Notes under the pieces: generated by a model
What the model saw: the letters and a program-made list of their open reading frames with translations, nothing else
Database searches by the model: none
Told to the model about the DNA's origin: nothing
Program-made: the position numbers and the translations under genes
Shown: one piece after another, positions 53,905 to 64,000 of the stretch
Layout of the letters: every line of letters starts with the position of its first letter
Position numbering within the stretch: position 1 is the first letter of the stretch
DNA from: an uncultured Chloroflexia bacterium
GTDB taxonomy: Bacteria > Chloroflexota > UBA6077 > JACCZL01
Assembly: GCA_963765765.1 (NCBI GenBank)
Contig: CAVXYC010000020.1
Location: forward strand, 480,001 to 544,000
Reading direction: 5' to 3'
DNA length: 64,000 nt

Positions 53905-55433
53905 GCGGCTTCCGCCAGATGCCGGGCGCCCCGCTTGAGCTGTTGGGTTCGCCAGAAAGCCCCGAGAACGACAATGAGCAAGAACGTAAAGATCAGAATG
54001 AGCGCTGGCCGATCTGGTCGGAAGAAGCTCAGGAAGTCGTTATTTGAGATCGCCATCGATTGGAAAAACGTCCGCTCGGCCACCTCGCCTAGAAGGAAGC
54101 CGATGACCAGGGTCACCACGGAGAATCCCGCCTTGGTAAGCATGTAACCGAGCACGCCCGCGAAGATCGCGATGAACGTGTCCCAGAGATTGCCCCGGAA
54201 TGAGTAAGTACCAACCAGACAGAGCGCCAGCATCACCGGCGCCATGTAAACGACGCGAACCCGCGTAAGCTTCGCGAGCCAATTCGACATGAATACACCC
54301 AGCAGCGTACCGAACACATTGGCAACAAGTAGCGACAGAACGATGGACCACACCACCCCCGGTTGATCTCGCAAGAGAAATGGACCGGGTTGGATGCCAT
54401 GTAGGATCAGCGCCGCGAGCACGAGTGCGGCCTCAATGCTTCCTGGGATACCAAAGGCCAGCATTGGCATAAGCCCTCCGGGCTCTTTGGCGTTGACAGC
54501 GGTCTCCGCCGCGATGATGCCCTCAGGGTTGCCTTTGTGAAACATTTGCGGCTTATTTGAGAACTGCTTTGCCACGGCGTAGCTAATGAACGCCGCCGCC
54601 GTAGCGCCGATTCCGGGGATCATGCCTCCGAAACAGCCAATGGCGGCGCTACGTATCAGCGCCTTCCATTCGCGAAAGACGTCGGCAGTGCCCACCAGAA
54701 GGTTGCGCCAGCCCGTGAACGATGCTGAGCTCTTGACTACCGTGCTGCCTGCGACGCAGAAGTCAATGGATTGTGCAATCGCGAACAGTCCCACAAACAG
54801 TGCAACAAGCTGGATGCCGTCCCAGAGATAGTCGCGTCCCATCGTAAATCGGCTCACGCCCATCGCCGAGCTGAAGCCGATCAAGCTGAGCATGACACCC
54901 AGGCCGCCACCAATGAGCCCTTTGATAAAGCTGCCTTGAGCGGCAAGAGCAATCATGAAGAGTCCAAGTACGGCAAGTCCGAAAAGCTCGGGAGGACCGA
55001 AGGCGAGTACGATGGTCCGCATCGCGGGAAACAGCGCGATCAGCACGAGGGTCGCCAGAATGGTTCCGAGAATGTTGGATGTGGCGGCAATCCCGAGCGC
55101 CCGCATGGCTTCGCCGCGCTGGGTCATCGGATAACCGTCGAATGTCGTGGCGGCGTTCTGGGTATCACCGGGCACGTTGATCAAGATGGCCGACATTGCG
55201 CCACCAAACGACGTAGCCCCGAGCATGCCCATGAGGAACCAGATAGCCACTTCTGGCTGCCAGCCAAATGTCAGCGGTAGCAGGACAATGAACGCCTGAC
55301 CGCCACTCACACCAGGTAAGACTCCGAAAAACAGTCCGATCAGGTTTCCCAGGAGCACCAGGCCGAGCACATCAGGGCGTGTCAGAAGCGCGAGGTTGTT
55401 CACGATCGGCGTGAAATCGAACCCTACGTCCAT
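53901..55433 (-). CDS. TctA family large permease
   Basis: GVLPGVSG, AILINVPG, TTFDGYPM, GNPEGIIAAE, LAFGIPGS, GIQPGP. Confidence 0.92.
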   Translation of the reverse strand: MDVGFDFTPIVNNLALLTRPDVLGLVLLGNLIGLFFGVLPGVSGGQAFIVLLPLTFGWQPEVAIWFLMGMLGATSFGGAMSAILINVPGDTQNAATTFDGYPMTQRGEAMRALGIAATSNILGTILATLVLIALFPAMRTIVLAFGPPELFGLAVLGLFMIALAAQGSFIKGLIGGGLGVMLSLIGFSSAMGVSRFTMGRDYLWDGIQLVALFVGLFAIAQSIDFCVAGSTVVKSSASFTGWRNLLVGTADVFREWKALIRSAAIGCFGGMIPGIGATAAAFISYAVAKQFSNKPQMFHKGNPEGIIAAETAVNAKEPGGLMPMLAFGIPGSIEAALVLAALILHGIQPGPFLLRDQPGVVWSIVLSLLVANVFGTLLGVFMSNWLAKLTRVRVVYMAPVMLALCLVGTYSFRGNLWDTFIAIFAGVLGYMLTKAGFSVVTLVIGFLLGEVAERTFFQSMAISNNDFLSFFRPDRPALILIFTFLLIVVLGAFWRTQQLKRGARHLAEAA

Positions 55434-55619
55434 CGCCCATCCATTGTGTGCATCTCCTATGGGCCGCTAGAGGATAAAAAAAGACGAACTACGCGCCTGG
55501 GGAGACTCGACCATGCCGGACCACGCGCCGCGTATTCGCCTTCAGTATCGACGTGAGAATATACCGCCGTTTGAGAAAACGGGCAACCTCAGCCGAATGA
55601 CCGACTTCCGCGCTCGCAA

Positions 55620-56886
55620 TCAGGGTGCCAAGATTGGCGAATTTGAGTCCGTGCCAACCGCCCGAAGCGCGGGGACCCGAGCCGCCACGATAAGAATGAT
55701 GGCGATGCAGACGGCGGCCAGGCCAACCAGCGTGATGGGGGCTCCCCAATACGTTGCCAATGCACCGGCCAGGACACTACCGCGCCGGATATACCGCCCG
55801 ATCCATCAGATAAATGCTCATGATGCGACCGCGCAGCTCATCTGGAACGATCGTCTGCAGGAGCGCCGTGGACGTCGTGAAATATGCCTGACTGCAAGCG
55901 CCCACAATCATGATTAGCGCGATGGACAGCGGGTAAGAGCTTGACATCGCAAATGCCATTACGGTGATTCCAAAGGCAAGCGCGCCGCCAATGAGCATGC
56001 CGCCATGCGCCCCTCGTGCGCCCATCCAGGCGATTGCTACCGTGCCTATGAGCGAGCCCGCACCGGCCGCGGCGTTGAGCGTCCCAAACTCTGCCGGGCC
56101 ACCATGGAGAACGTCACGCGCAATAACGGGAAGCATAGAGAGGTGGGGCGCGAGGAAAACGAGGATCAGCATCGTGGTACCGAGCACCGCTGCCACGGAC
56201 GGCTCGCTCCAGGCGTAGCGAAGCCCCTCACGGACACCACCCGAGCCACCGTGAAGCGTTCTCCGGCCCGCCATTTTCGTAGTGCGGATTGCCGCGAGCG
56301 AAGCCAAATTGGGGACAAAGAGCAAGGCTGTGAATAGGAGCGACCAGGACGTGCCCACGGCCGCGATGAGTATGCCAGCGATGGCCGGCCCCAGTACCCG
56401 GCTTATATTGTGCGCGGCGCTCTGAAGAGCCACGGCGTTCATCAACAACGGCCGTGGCACAAGGTCCGGCATAAGTGCGTGGCGCGCGGGCCGGTCGAAC
56501 GAGAGGAGCGCCCCACGTGTGATGGCGAACACAAACACGAGAAATAGGCTCGGCTCGGGTTGGAATGCCACGGCTGCGAGTCCAAGGGTCACAACCATGG
56601 ACACGAGCTGCGTGCGAATCAACATCACTCGTCGATCCAGGCGATCGGCCAGCACACCTCCCCAGAGTCCGAAGATCAATAGCGGCAGAAATCGACACGC
56701 ATGCAGAAGACCGACCCAGAGAGGCGAGTCGGTGATACTCAGAATCAGCCAGGAAAGGGTGACCTGGTCCATCCAGTCACCAATATTCGAGAGCAGCCCT
56801 CCCAGCCACAGCATGCGGTAGTCTCGTACGCTCAGCGCCTCCACGAGGCGGTTGGCTGATTTGATCTGGCTGCGTATATCGGTCAC
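55620..56886 (-). CDS. MFS transporter (MFS_3), frameshift near the C-terminus
   Basis: RDYRMLWLG..SNIG.WM, GVLADRLDRR, PARHAL.PDLV, LQTIVPDELRGR. Confidence 0.88.
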
Positions 56887-57039
56887 TTGTATCGGTCGCT
56901 GGTCATCGCGGGTCCGGCGCGACGGATCCGATCGCCACTATGCCACCGCTCAGCGGGAATAAACGAGCCCGAGTCTTCGATAGACGAAGCCCCGGGCTCA
57001 AATTCATCTGGTGCTCTGTTGAGGCCTAGTACACGACGA

Positions 57040-58029
57040 TCACTTAAACCGAGTGAAGACCTTTCGGGCAACGTCTTCGAAGACGTTCTTCCGATCCTGC
57101 TCGGTCAGGAAGTCGATCGCCTCAATGAGTGGCTTGGTATCGTCCAGCCATTTACCCGTCTTCGGATCCTGATAGGAGCCCGTGCCGGGATTCTCAGTCG
57201 CAAACATGCATCGTTCCGTGCCACACAGCTTGAAGAGCAGCTCGAGCGACTCCTGGTTGTAGAGCACGCTATCGAAATAGAACTGCTTCAGGAGGCCATC
57301 AAATCCGTCCACCCCAGCGTGTCGACCGAATGACGCGCGCCATCGCCCGATGTGATACGGGATCGCACCGCCACCGTGACAGACGATGATCTTGAGGTTC
57401 GGGAAGGTCTTGAAGACTTCGCCGCGGAGCATCGACAGGATGCACAGCGACTCTTGAGTAATGAAATAGTTGGTGTAGGTGTCCCAGGGATTCTTGCAGC
57501 CGGCGGAGTGGATCAATGCTGGAACATCCAGCTCGACCATTTTGGCGTAGAGATCGCCCCAGTAGTCCAGGTCACCCATTCCAGGTGTGAGCTGCTCACC
57601 TTCCCATGGGTCAGGGTTGATCATGCAGCCAACAAAACCAAGCTCCTTCACGCAGCGCTCGAGCTCTTCAACTGAGTTCTTTGCCGAGACGCCGCCCGCC
57701 TGAGGCAGACCGCAAACACCCCGATATCGGTCAGGAGCAATGTCGACGGTCATCTTGATCACGTCGTTATTGGCTTCATTCCACCAGTGGACGATCTTGT
57801 CCGGCTTTTCCGAATGCATGAGCTGGAAGGGCCGTGGCGAGAGGAACTGAATATCCGTCCCGACCTTATCCAGATGGTTCTTGAGATGGTTCTCAACCAC
57901 GGGTGCCAGATTTTCTTTGGTAACACCGTGATTTCCTTTGCCGTGGTAGCCGCGACTGGAGAGCAGGCCGGACTTGTACGCGTAGAGCTGTGGCGGGGCG
58001 TTAGTATGCCCGTGAATATCGATGATCAC
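57040..58029 (-). CDS. LigY-like amidohydrolase (meta-cleavage compound hydrolase family)
   Basis: MIIDIHGH..APPQLYAYKSGLLSSRGYHG, SPRPFQLMHS.KP...VHW, INPDP, HGGGAIPY, YFDSVLY, E.PGTGS..DP.TGK. Matches my recollection of Sphingobium LigY better than LigJ. Confidence 0.75.
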   Translation of the reverse strand: MIIDIHGHTNAPPQLYAYKSGLLSSRGYHGKGNHGVTKENLAPVVENHLKNHLDKVGTDIQFLSPRPFQLMHSEKPDKIVHWWNEANNDVIKMTVDIAPDRYRGVCGLPQAGGVSAKNSVEELERCVKELGFVGCMINPDPWEGEQLTPGMGDLDYWGDLYAKMVELDVPALIHSAGCKNPWDTYTNYFITQESLCILSMLRGEVFKTFPNLKIIVCHGGGAIPYHIGRWRASFGRHAGVDGFDGLLKQFYFDSVLYNQESLELLFKLCGTERCMFATENPGTGSYQDPKTGKWLDDTKPLIEAIDFLTEQDRKNVFEDVARKVFTRFK

Positions 58030-58391
58030 GAAGGTCCTCCCGAGAGTGGATCATTGGCGTCCGGCATCATCAGGTGAGATGACGCGAGATACGCGGGTTG
58101 CCTGGAAAACGAGGTCATGCCTGGGGGCCGAGCCGGCGGGCAATGGGCATCCCTGAGCAGCATGTTCCCTCCGTCCGCGCGCCTCCTTCCGCTGCGTGGC
58201 TCGTTCGACCGCGGGATGTTCCGCTCGCCCGATAGCTCCACCCGGTAGAGGCGTTCTCCCAGAGCGTCATCGATCGAGAGTCCGTGCTCGAAAACGGCGA
58301 GCCTACGATACAACAAGGAGGAAATGACGACAAGAATCCAGCGGCGCGCACCGTGAGCGTGATTCGGAGTCACGGCGGTCCCGGATGCTGC

Positions 58392-58868
58392 TTATGCGGG
58401 GCGGCCCTGGCTGGAGCCAGGCTCTTTCTTTTCCAGCTTGTAGAGTCGCTGTATGAGCTGGCGTGTGCGGTACTGGGGAACGTGATGCTGCGGGTCCACG
58501 GCCCTGATGAGATCGGGCGTCAGGGTTCGCTGACAGAGAAGATTCGCCCCCGCCAGCTTCAGCAAACCGTCGACCTCCTGGTAGACCCAACCGTCGTACT
58601 TGTAGCTAGAAGGATGCGTCACCCACTCCCAGCCTTCATCGGCAAATGGTGCAAAGCGCTCATAGAGATAGGACACGACTTCGGAACGATCGTCGATCGT
58701 TTGCATGTGGGCTGGGAGCTTGAGGTCAATCAAATCGATGTAGATCCATCGATGCTGGACAATTCCGGGTGATTCTGCAACATGCGGTTCGCCACCGAGA
58801 GCAACTCCGCACATATTGCAGTAGCGCGAGTCCTCTGGCGGCTCGTTTCCGCATTGACCACAGTTCAT
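58392..58868 (-). CDS. Zinc-ribbon domain-containing hypothetical protein
   Basis: MNCGQCG......RYCNMCG N-terminus with an AGGAG SD. Confidence 0.7.
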   Translation of the reverse strand: MNCGQCGNEPPEDSRYCNMCGVALGGEPHVAESPGIVQHRWIYIDLIDLKLPAHMQTIDDRSEVVSYLYERFAPFADEGWEWVTHPSSYKYDGWVYQEVDGLLKLAGANLLCQRTLTPDLIRAVDPQHHVPQYRTRQLIQRLYKLEKKEPGSSQGRPA

Positions 58869-59057
58869 TCGATGCAGCTCCTATCGGTACCGACGGCTCC
58901 CGGTGAGCCTACACCTCACATTCTGGAGCGTCAACCGGTTTCGTTCTAGAAGAAGAGCGCAGGATTGGAGGGGTGCGCCCACCACCGGTCTGGGGCCGGG
59001 CGATTTGTTCGGCCCCGCAAGTCAGCCGCGGGAGCTAACTCGCAGCGCCGTGAGAGG

Positions 59058-60122
59058 CTAACTCACCCATCGGCGCAGCCGCTCAACTCCCTCGGCGTAG
59101 AAACCGATCGCTCGCTCCGCAAGCGTAATTTCGGTTGCCCGACGTCCATAGCCGTCAGAACCGTCGACGGGCGGTGATTGCGCGCACCCAACGACCATCG
59201 CCTTGATCCAGCTAGCCCCATCTGTAAGCTCGAAGCCCAGATCAACGCGGATCGCGTGCGTATCCATCATGAATTGACCAAAGGGGTAGCCGGCGATCGG
59301 TAACACGTAGCTCTCCAGGCCGCCCTTTGCCAGAATGTCCTCGGGAATGCGCACGGACTGTGAGCTGGATCCCAACGCATCGCCGAGAGCTTGAACCCAT
59401 GTTTCAGCGGTGAAAAGCTCCGCCTGCGCAACGTTGTAAGACTTGTTGAACGCCGCCGGATTGCCCACACACGTCGCGAAAGCCCGAGCCAGATCATCAG
59501 CATCAACCACCTGGAACTGTTTCCCGCGACCCCATTCAGGAATCACGATCGGCCCTCCGTCAAGCAGGCGCTGGACGAACCACCAGATCCGACGCGTTCG
59601 ATCATCTGGCCCAACAACAATCGGCGCACGAAGTGCGGTAAACGTAAAGACCGAGTCATCCAGAGATCGGAGCGCCTTCTCCGCGCGCTTCTTCCCATTG
59701 CCGTACTCATGGCCAAGCGTGGGATGAAACGCCGGTATGTGCGTATCCGCGGGGCCAGGTAGAAAATCCAGATCGGCGTCTGACTCGGTGAGGGGGTCCA
59801 GCGCGGACGCATCGTGATACACCGCCATTGAGCTCGTGAACAGATACTGCTGAATCCGTCCGCCGAATGTCTGAACGGCGTTCTCGATATCGTCCGAATC
59901 GTAGGCGATGTTGTCTATCACGGCATCGAAAGTCTCAGTCCTCAGCCGTTCAGTAAACGCCACGCGGTCTCGGCGGTCCCCCCTGATCGCCCTGGCGCGC
60001 TGCATGATCTCAGGCGCCAGGTTACCGCGAGAGACCACGCTTACGGCGTGTCCCGCATTGAGAAGCTGTTCAACGATCCGACGTCCCAGATAACCGGTGC
60101 CGCCGATGACAAGTACGTTCAC
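59058..60122 (-). CDS. NAD-dependent epimerase/dehydratase family protein
   Basis: VLVIGGTGYLG, GDRRD, YLFTSSMAVY, YGNGK. Confidence 0.88.
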   Translation of the reverse strand: MNVLVIGGTGYLGRRIVEQLLNAGHAVSVVSRGNLAPEIMQRARAIRGDRRDRVAFTERLRTETFDAVIDNIAYDSDDIENAVQTFGGRIQQYLFTSSMAVYHDASALDPLTESDADLDFLPGPADTHIPAFHPTLGHEYGNGKKRAEKALRSLDDSVFTFTALRAPIVVGPDDRTRRIWWFVQRLLDGGPIVIPEWGRGKQFQVVDADDLARAFATCVGNPAAFNKSYNVAQAELFTAETWVQALGDALGSSSQSVRIPEDILAKGGLESYVLPIAGYPFGQFMMDTHAIRVDLGFELTDGASWIKAMVVGCAQSPPVDGSDGYGRRATEITLAERAIGFYAEGVERLRRWVS

Positions 60123-60312
60123 GATTCACGCCCATGTTGCGCCAGCCTCGGCGCGGATTTCAGAGGGTGCCTATCTATCACATCGACACTCAGGTCTGCG
60201 TTTGGATCGCGGCGGTCTTGAGCGCTTTCCAGCAAGCGGGGCGACACGGAGGTCGCCTTCCAGCTAACGGGAAACGGCAGAGATCGTCGCGATCCCAAGT
60301 GCTCCAGGATGC

Positions 60313-62217
60313 CTATAGCTCGCGCTTGATCGTCTCCGCGGCGACTCGACTGATTCCAGGCACGGCGACAAGCGCATCCACATTTGCTTCACGAATAGCC
60401 TTGACCGTTCCGAAATGGCGCAGCAGCGCGCGCTTGCGGGTGGGCCCGATGCCGGGCACATCATCGAGTGCTGAGCGAATGCTTTTCTTCCCTCGGAGAT
60501 TGCGATGATAGGTGATGGCAAAACGATGCGCTTCATCCCGGATCCGCTGAACCAGAAACAGGCTCTGAGACGTTCGGGGCAGCATCACCGGGTCAGATCG
60601 CCCCGGTAGATATAGCTCCTCGTTCTCCTTTGCAAGTCCCACGACTGGGATCTCCGTGATGTCCAGCTCATTGAAAACCTCGAGGGCCGCGCCGAGCTGT
60701 CCCTTTCCACCGTCGATGATCACGAGGTCCGGGATATTGGTCCAGCTCGTCTCTTGCTCATCCTGGTTTTGAGCTCGGCGAAACCTCCGACGCAGCACTT
60801 CCTGCATCGAGGCGAAGTCGTTGGCGCCTTCAACGGTCTTGATCTGGAAGCGCTTGTAGTCACTGCGCTTAGATTTGGCCTCCTCGAAGACAACCATGCT
60901 AGCCACCTGCGAGGTCCCTTGGATATTGGAGATGTCGTAACACTCGATTCGCAACGGCAGATTGGGAAGCTCCAGGTACTCCTGGAGCTCATCCATCGCG
61001 TCGGACAATCGTTCGGCATCGCGCGACCACTCGTGCCGCACCACAGATAGGGCCTCTTTCGCATTGTCGGACGCGAGCTGAACGACCCTTCGCCGCTCAC
61101 CGCGCTGAGGCACAATGGTGCGCACCGTGTGCCCGGCCAGATCCTTGAGCATGATGCTCACGGCTTCCGGATCTTCGATCTCCATTGGCAGTACCAGCTC
61201 ATCGGGCAGCTCCGAAGCACGACCGTAGAACTGGGTGACGAAAGCGCTGACGATCTTTGCGTCCGTCTCGCCCTCGGCGTTTTCCATGAAGAACGGATCT
61301 CGCCGAAGAAGCTGTCCTTCGCGCATGAAGAAGACCTGGACGCAAGCATACGCACCCTCGCGTGCGAAACCCAGGATGTCCTGATCCACCAGTGTGGAAT
61401 ATCCGAACTTTTCCTGCTCAATGACCTTCTCCGCCGCGCGGAGCCGGTCGCGCAAGTCCGCCGCCATCTCAAACTCGAGGCGCTCGGATGCCGCCTCCAT
61501 GGCCGCCCGAATATCGTTGAGGACGGTGCGATTCTTCCCTTCGAGGAACCGCAGCATCTCGTCAACGATCGTCCTGTACGCGTCTTTCGAGATCTCACCA
61601 ATGCACGGCGCGGGACAGCGCTTGATGTGGAAGTACAAGCACGGGCGAGGATCGTTTCCGGTGATGGTGCGATCGCACAGGATGTGTGGAAACAAGCGGC
61701 TCAGCGTGTCCAGAGTCTGACGCACCGATGTGGCATGGGGATACGGTCCAAAGTAGCGCGCGCCGTCACGCGCCATCTTGCGTGTGACGCGGACCACGGG
61801 CCAATCGTCCTGTACGTTGACGCGTAGGTAAGGATAGTGTTTATCGTCACGCAGCTTGGTGTTGTAACGGGGCTGTTCCTTGCGGACGAGATCGTTTTCC
61901 CAGATCAATGCCTGGACTGGCGATTCCGTGAGAATCCACTCTAGATCCTCAGCCTGCGCTACGACCTGATGAATCTTCAGAGCGTGAAGCTCACCAGCTT
62001 GAAAGTAGGATCGCACGCGAGAGCGCAGGGACTCCGCCTTGCCCACGTAGAGAAGACGGCCCTTCCCATCCTTGAACAGATAGACCCCAGCCTGATCCGG
62101 TACGCGATCCAACGCCGTGGCAAGCCGCGGACGGTTTGCGCCCAGGTCCGCCATGATAGTGGCAGCCTCCCCGCCACGCTGGATAGGCGCACCGGTCTTT
62201 GCATCGATTCGAGCCAT
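60313..62217 (-). CDS. uvrC: Excinuclease ABC subunit C
   Basis: GVYLFKD..LYVGKA..LR.RV.SYF, PRYN..LRDDK.YPY, RIECYDISN, PDLVIIDGGKGQL, RDEAHRFA, HhH. Confidence 0.97.
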   Translation of the reverse strand: MARIDAKTGAPIQRGGEAATIMADLGANRPRLATALDRVPDQAGVYLFKDGKGRLLYVGKAESLRSRVRSYFQAGELHALKIHQVVAQAEDLEWILTESPVQALIWENDLVRKEQPRYNTKLRDDKHYPYLRVNVQDDWPVVRVTRKMARDGARYFGPYPHATSVRQTLDTLSRLFPHILCDRTITGNDPRPCLYFHIKRCPAPCIGEISKDAYRTIVDEMLRFLEGKNRTVLNDIRAAMEAASERLEFEMAADLRDRLRAAEKVIEQEKFGYSTLVDQDILGFAREGAYACVQVFFMREGQLLRRDPFFMENAEGETDAKIVSAFVTQFYGRASELPDELVLPMEIEDPEAVSIMLKDLAGHTVRTIVPQRGERRRVVQLASDNAKEALSVVRHEWSRDAERLSDAMDELQEYLELPNLPLRIECYDISNIQGTSQVASMVVFEEAKSKRSDYKRFQIKTVEGANDFASMQEVLRRRFRRAQNQDEQETSWTNIPDLVIIDGGKGQLGAALEVFNELDITEIPVVGLAKENEELYLPGRSDPVMLPRTSQSLFLVQRIRDEAHRFAITYHRNLRGKKSIRSALDDVPGIGPTRKRALLRHFGTVKAIREANVDALVAVPGISRVAAETIKREL

Positions 62218-62283
62218 ACTTATGTCATTCTACGAAACGCTTGATCCACGCCGGCTGACGGCGTCTCAGCCAATATTGGAGCA

Positions 62284-63795
62284 TTGCCGTTGACTCAAAC
62301 CATGCCGATCGAGAGACTTCTGGCTGACTGCCCGGATGCATCGCTCATCGCTGGCAGCGCTAGCTCCCAGATCCACGGAATCAGCCACGATTCACGGCAA
62401 ATCCGGCCAGGGTGGCTCTTTGTGGCGGTTCCAGGCCTGGAGCGCAACGGCAATAGTTTCATTCCAGACGCGATCCAGGCCGGCGCCGCGGCCATCGTGA
62501 CCGAGACACCCACGGCCGTGGCCGGCGATGTGGCGATCATTCGAGCTCGGTCCGCTCGATCAGCGCTCGCCGATCTCTCCGCCGCTTTCTGGGGACACCC
62601 GTCACGCAAGCTCACGCTCATCGGGGTCACTGGAACGGATGGAAAGACCAGTACCACTCAGATCATCGGCTCGATCCTGCGCGCCGCCGGCCAGTCAGTT
62701 GGTTGGCTGAGCACCGCCGGCATACGAGTTGGCGAGCAGACACGTCCCAACGCGCTCGATCACACGACTCCGGAGGCGCCAGCCGTCCAGGAAGCGCTGG
62801 CCGAGATGGTGAACGCTGGAGTGCGAACAGCAGTGCTCGAGGTCAGCTCACATGCGCTGGCATTGGAACGGGTTCGAGGCTGCGCCTTCGACATCGGTGT
62901 ATTCACCAACCTCAGCCCGGAGCACATCAATTTCCACGGGACGCTCGAGGCATACCGCGACGCCAAAGCTACGCTGATGAGCATGCTCGGATCGCGCACG
63001 GGAGATCTGTCTCCCTACGCCGCGATCAATCTCGACGACCCGTCGTCAGATTCCATGGTGGCTGCCTCGCGCGCGACGGTGAAAACGTTCGGAATCGATC
63101 GTGAAGCCGACTTCACCGCCACGGACATCAAGCTCTCCACCAGCGGATCGAGTTTCCGAGTGCGAGCACCAAGTGGGCAATTTGAGGTGGAGAGCCAGCT
63201 GCTGGGACGCTTCAACGTGTCAAACTGGCTCGCGGCCATCACTGCCACATCCGGGTTGGACGTTAGCCCAGGTCAAGTTCAGGAGGCAGCACGATCTCTA
63301 CGCCCCGTGAGAGGACGTATGGAGCGCATTGATGAGGGTCAGCCCTTCATGGTGGTGGTGGATTTTGCTCATACACCCCAAGCGCTCGAGACAGCCCTGA
63401 GGACGCTCCGTCCGCACAGCGAAGGCCGAGTGCTAACGCTCTTCGGTCAGGCCGGTGGGCGCGACCCCGCGAATCGACCCGCGATGGGAGCACTCGCATC
63501 GAAGCTCTCAGACTATTTTCTCATCACTCTCGACGATCCGATTCACGAAAACCCAGAATCTATCGCGGAGGAGATACGCGCGGGCGCTGTGGCGGCCGGT
63601 GCAATGCAAGGGCAAGATTTCGCCATCCAGCTCGATCGGCGGAGCGCCGTTCGACAGCTCATCGAAATGGCTCGGCCTGGGGACGTAGTACTGCTAGCCG
63701 GAAAAGGGCACGAACAACGCATGCTCGTGGGTGACCAGAAGCTTCCCTGGGATGACGCGGAGGAGGCACGTGCCGCGATTCGTGATCGAAGGTAA
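62284..63795 (+). CDS. murE: UDP-MurNAc-dipeptide:diamino acid ligase
   Basis: HDSR, GVTGTDGKTST, TTPEA, EVSSHAL, FTNLS.EH..FH, GRME, VDFAHTP, AGKGHE. Confidence 0.95.
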   Translation: MPLTQTMPIERLLADCPDASLIAGSASSQIHGISHDSRQIRPGWLFVAVPGLERNGNSFIPDAIQAGAAAIVTETPTAVAGDVAIIRARSARSALADLSAAFWGHPSRKLTLIGVTGTDGKTSTTQIIGSILRAAGQSVGWLSTAGIRVGEQTRPNALDHTTPEAPAVQEALAEMVNAGVRTAVLEVSSHALALERVRGCAFDIGVFTNLSPEHINFHGTLEAYRDAKATLMSMLGSRTGDLSPYAAINLDDPSSDSMVAASRATVKTFGIDREADFTATDIKLSTSGSSFRVRAPSGQFEVESQLLGRFNVSNWLAAITATSGLDVSPGQVQEAARSLRPVRGRMERIDEGQPFMVVVDFAHTPQALETALRTLRPHSEGRVLTLFGQAGGRDPANRPAMGALASKLSDYFLITLDDPIHENPESIAEEIRAGAVAAGAMQGQDFAIQLDRRSAVRQLIEMARPGDVVLLAGKGHEQRMLVGDQKLPWDDAEEARAAIRDRR

Positions 63796-64000
63796 TGCTG
63801 ATTTATACAGTCGGTCACAGTTACGTCAACGCCCGTCCTCTTTGACGAATTCGCACCCAGCGCCATGTTAGGATGCTCCACGCGACGGTCGATCTTAATG
63901 ATGGGAAGATCGTCACCGACCTATGGGAATACCATTTTTATCCCGCTTCAAGGCAGCGTCTCTGTCGACGGCTAAACAGGCTGTTTTGGGGCGACATGCG

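Overview
GC-rich (about 60-65%) bacterial chromosomal window, most consistent with a Chloroflexota genome (Ala/Pro-tethered lipoprotein binding proteins, type-2 PyrF, DUF951, non-DNPR MurE); the taxonomy is inference. Many conserved genes (phnC, thiD, speE, trmI, sulfite reductase, kaiC-like, tct genes) are split by single-base indels. I read these as long-read consensus errors and annotate them as single genes. Left end (1-5276): accessory region abutting the 3' end of a tRNA-Leu/Val/Phe operon. It carries an apparently single ~1330-aa gene fusing six Zn-ribbon (DUF4379-type) repeats, an SNF2-like SF2 helicase and an Rrp8/nucleomethylin-like methyltransferase, bracketed by a 27-bp direct repeat and preceded by a possible proteasome-beta-like ORF. 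This is the best candidate for an undescribed (defence-like) system. Middle: housekeeping and metabolic genes (pyrF, phnDCE, thiD, S41 protease, pdaD-speD-speE-speB polyamine operon with a uORF-containing leader, trmI, LysM-GH73, sulfite reductase with an Rrf2-type box). 29-58 kb: catabolic/transport region with three paralogous TctC lipoproteins sharing a conserved promoter plus structured 5' leader, two TctA/B sets, amidohydrolases including a LigY homolog, Mo-hydroxylase subunits, an IS4-family element inside a palindrome, a KaiC-like/histidine-kinase pair and an IS remnant. Right end: uvrC and murE. No CRISPR array or rRNA seen.
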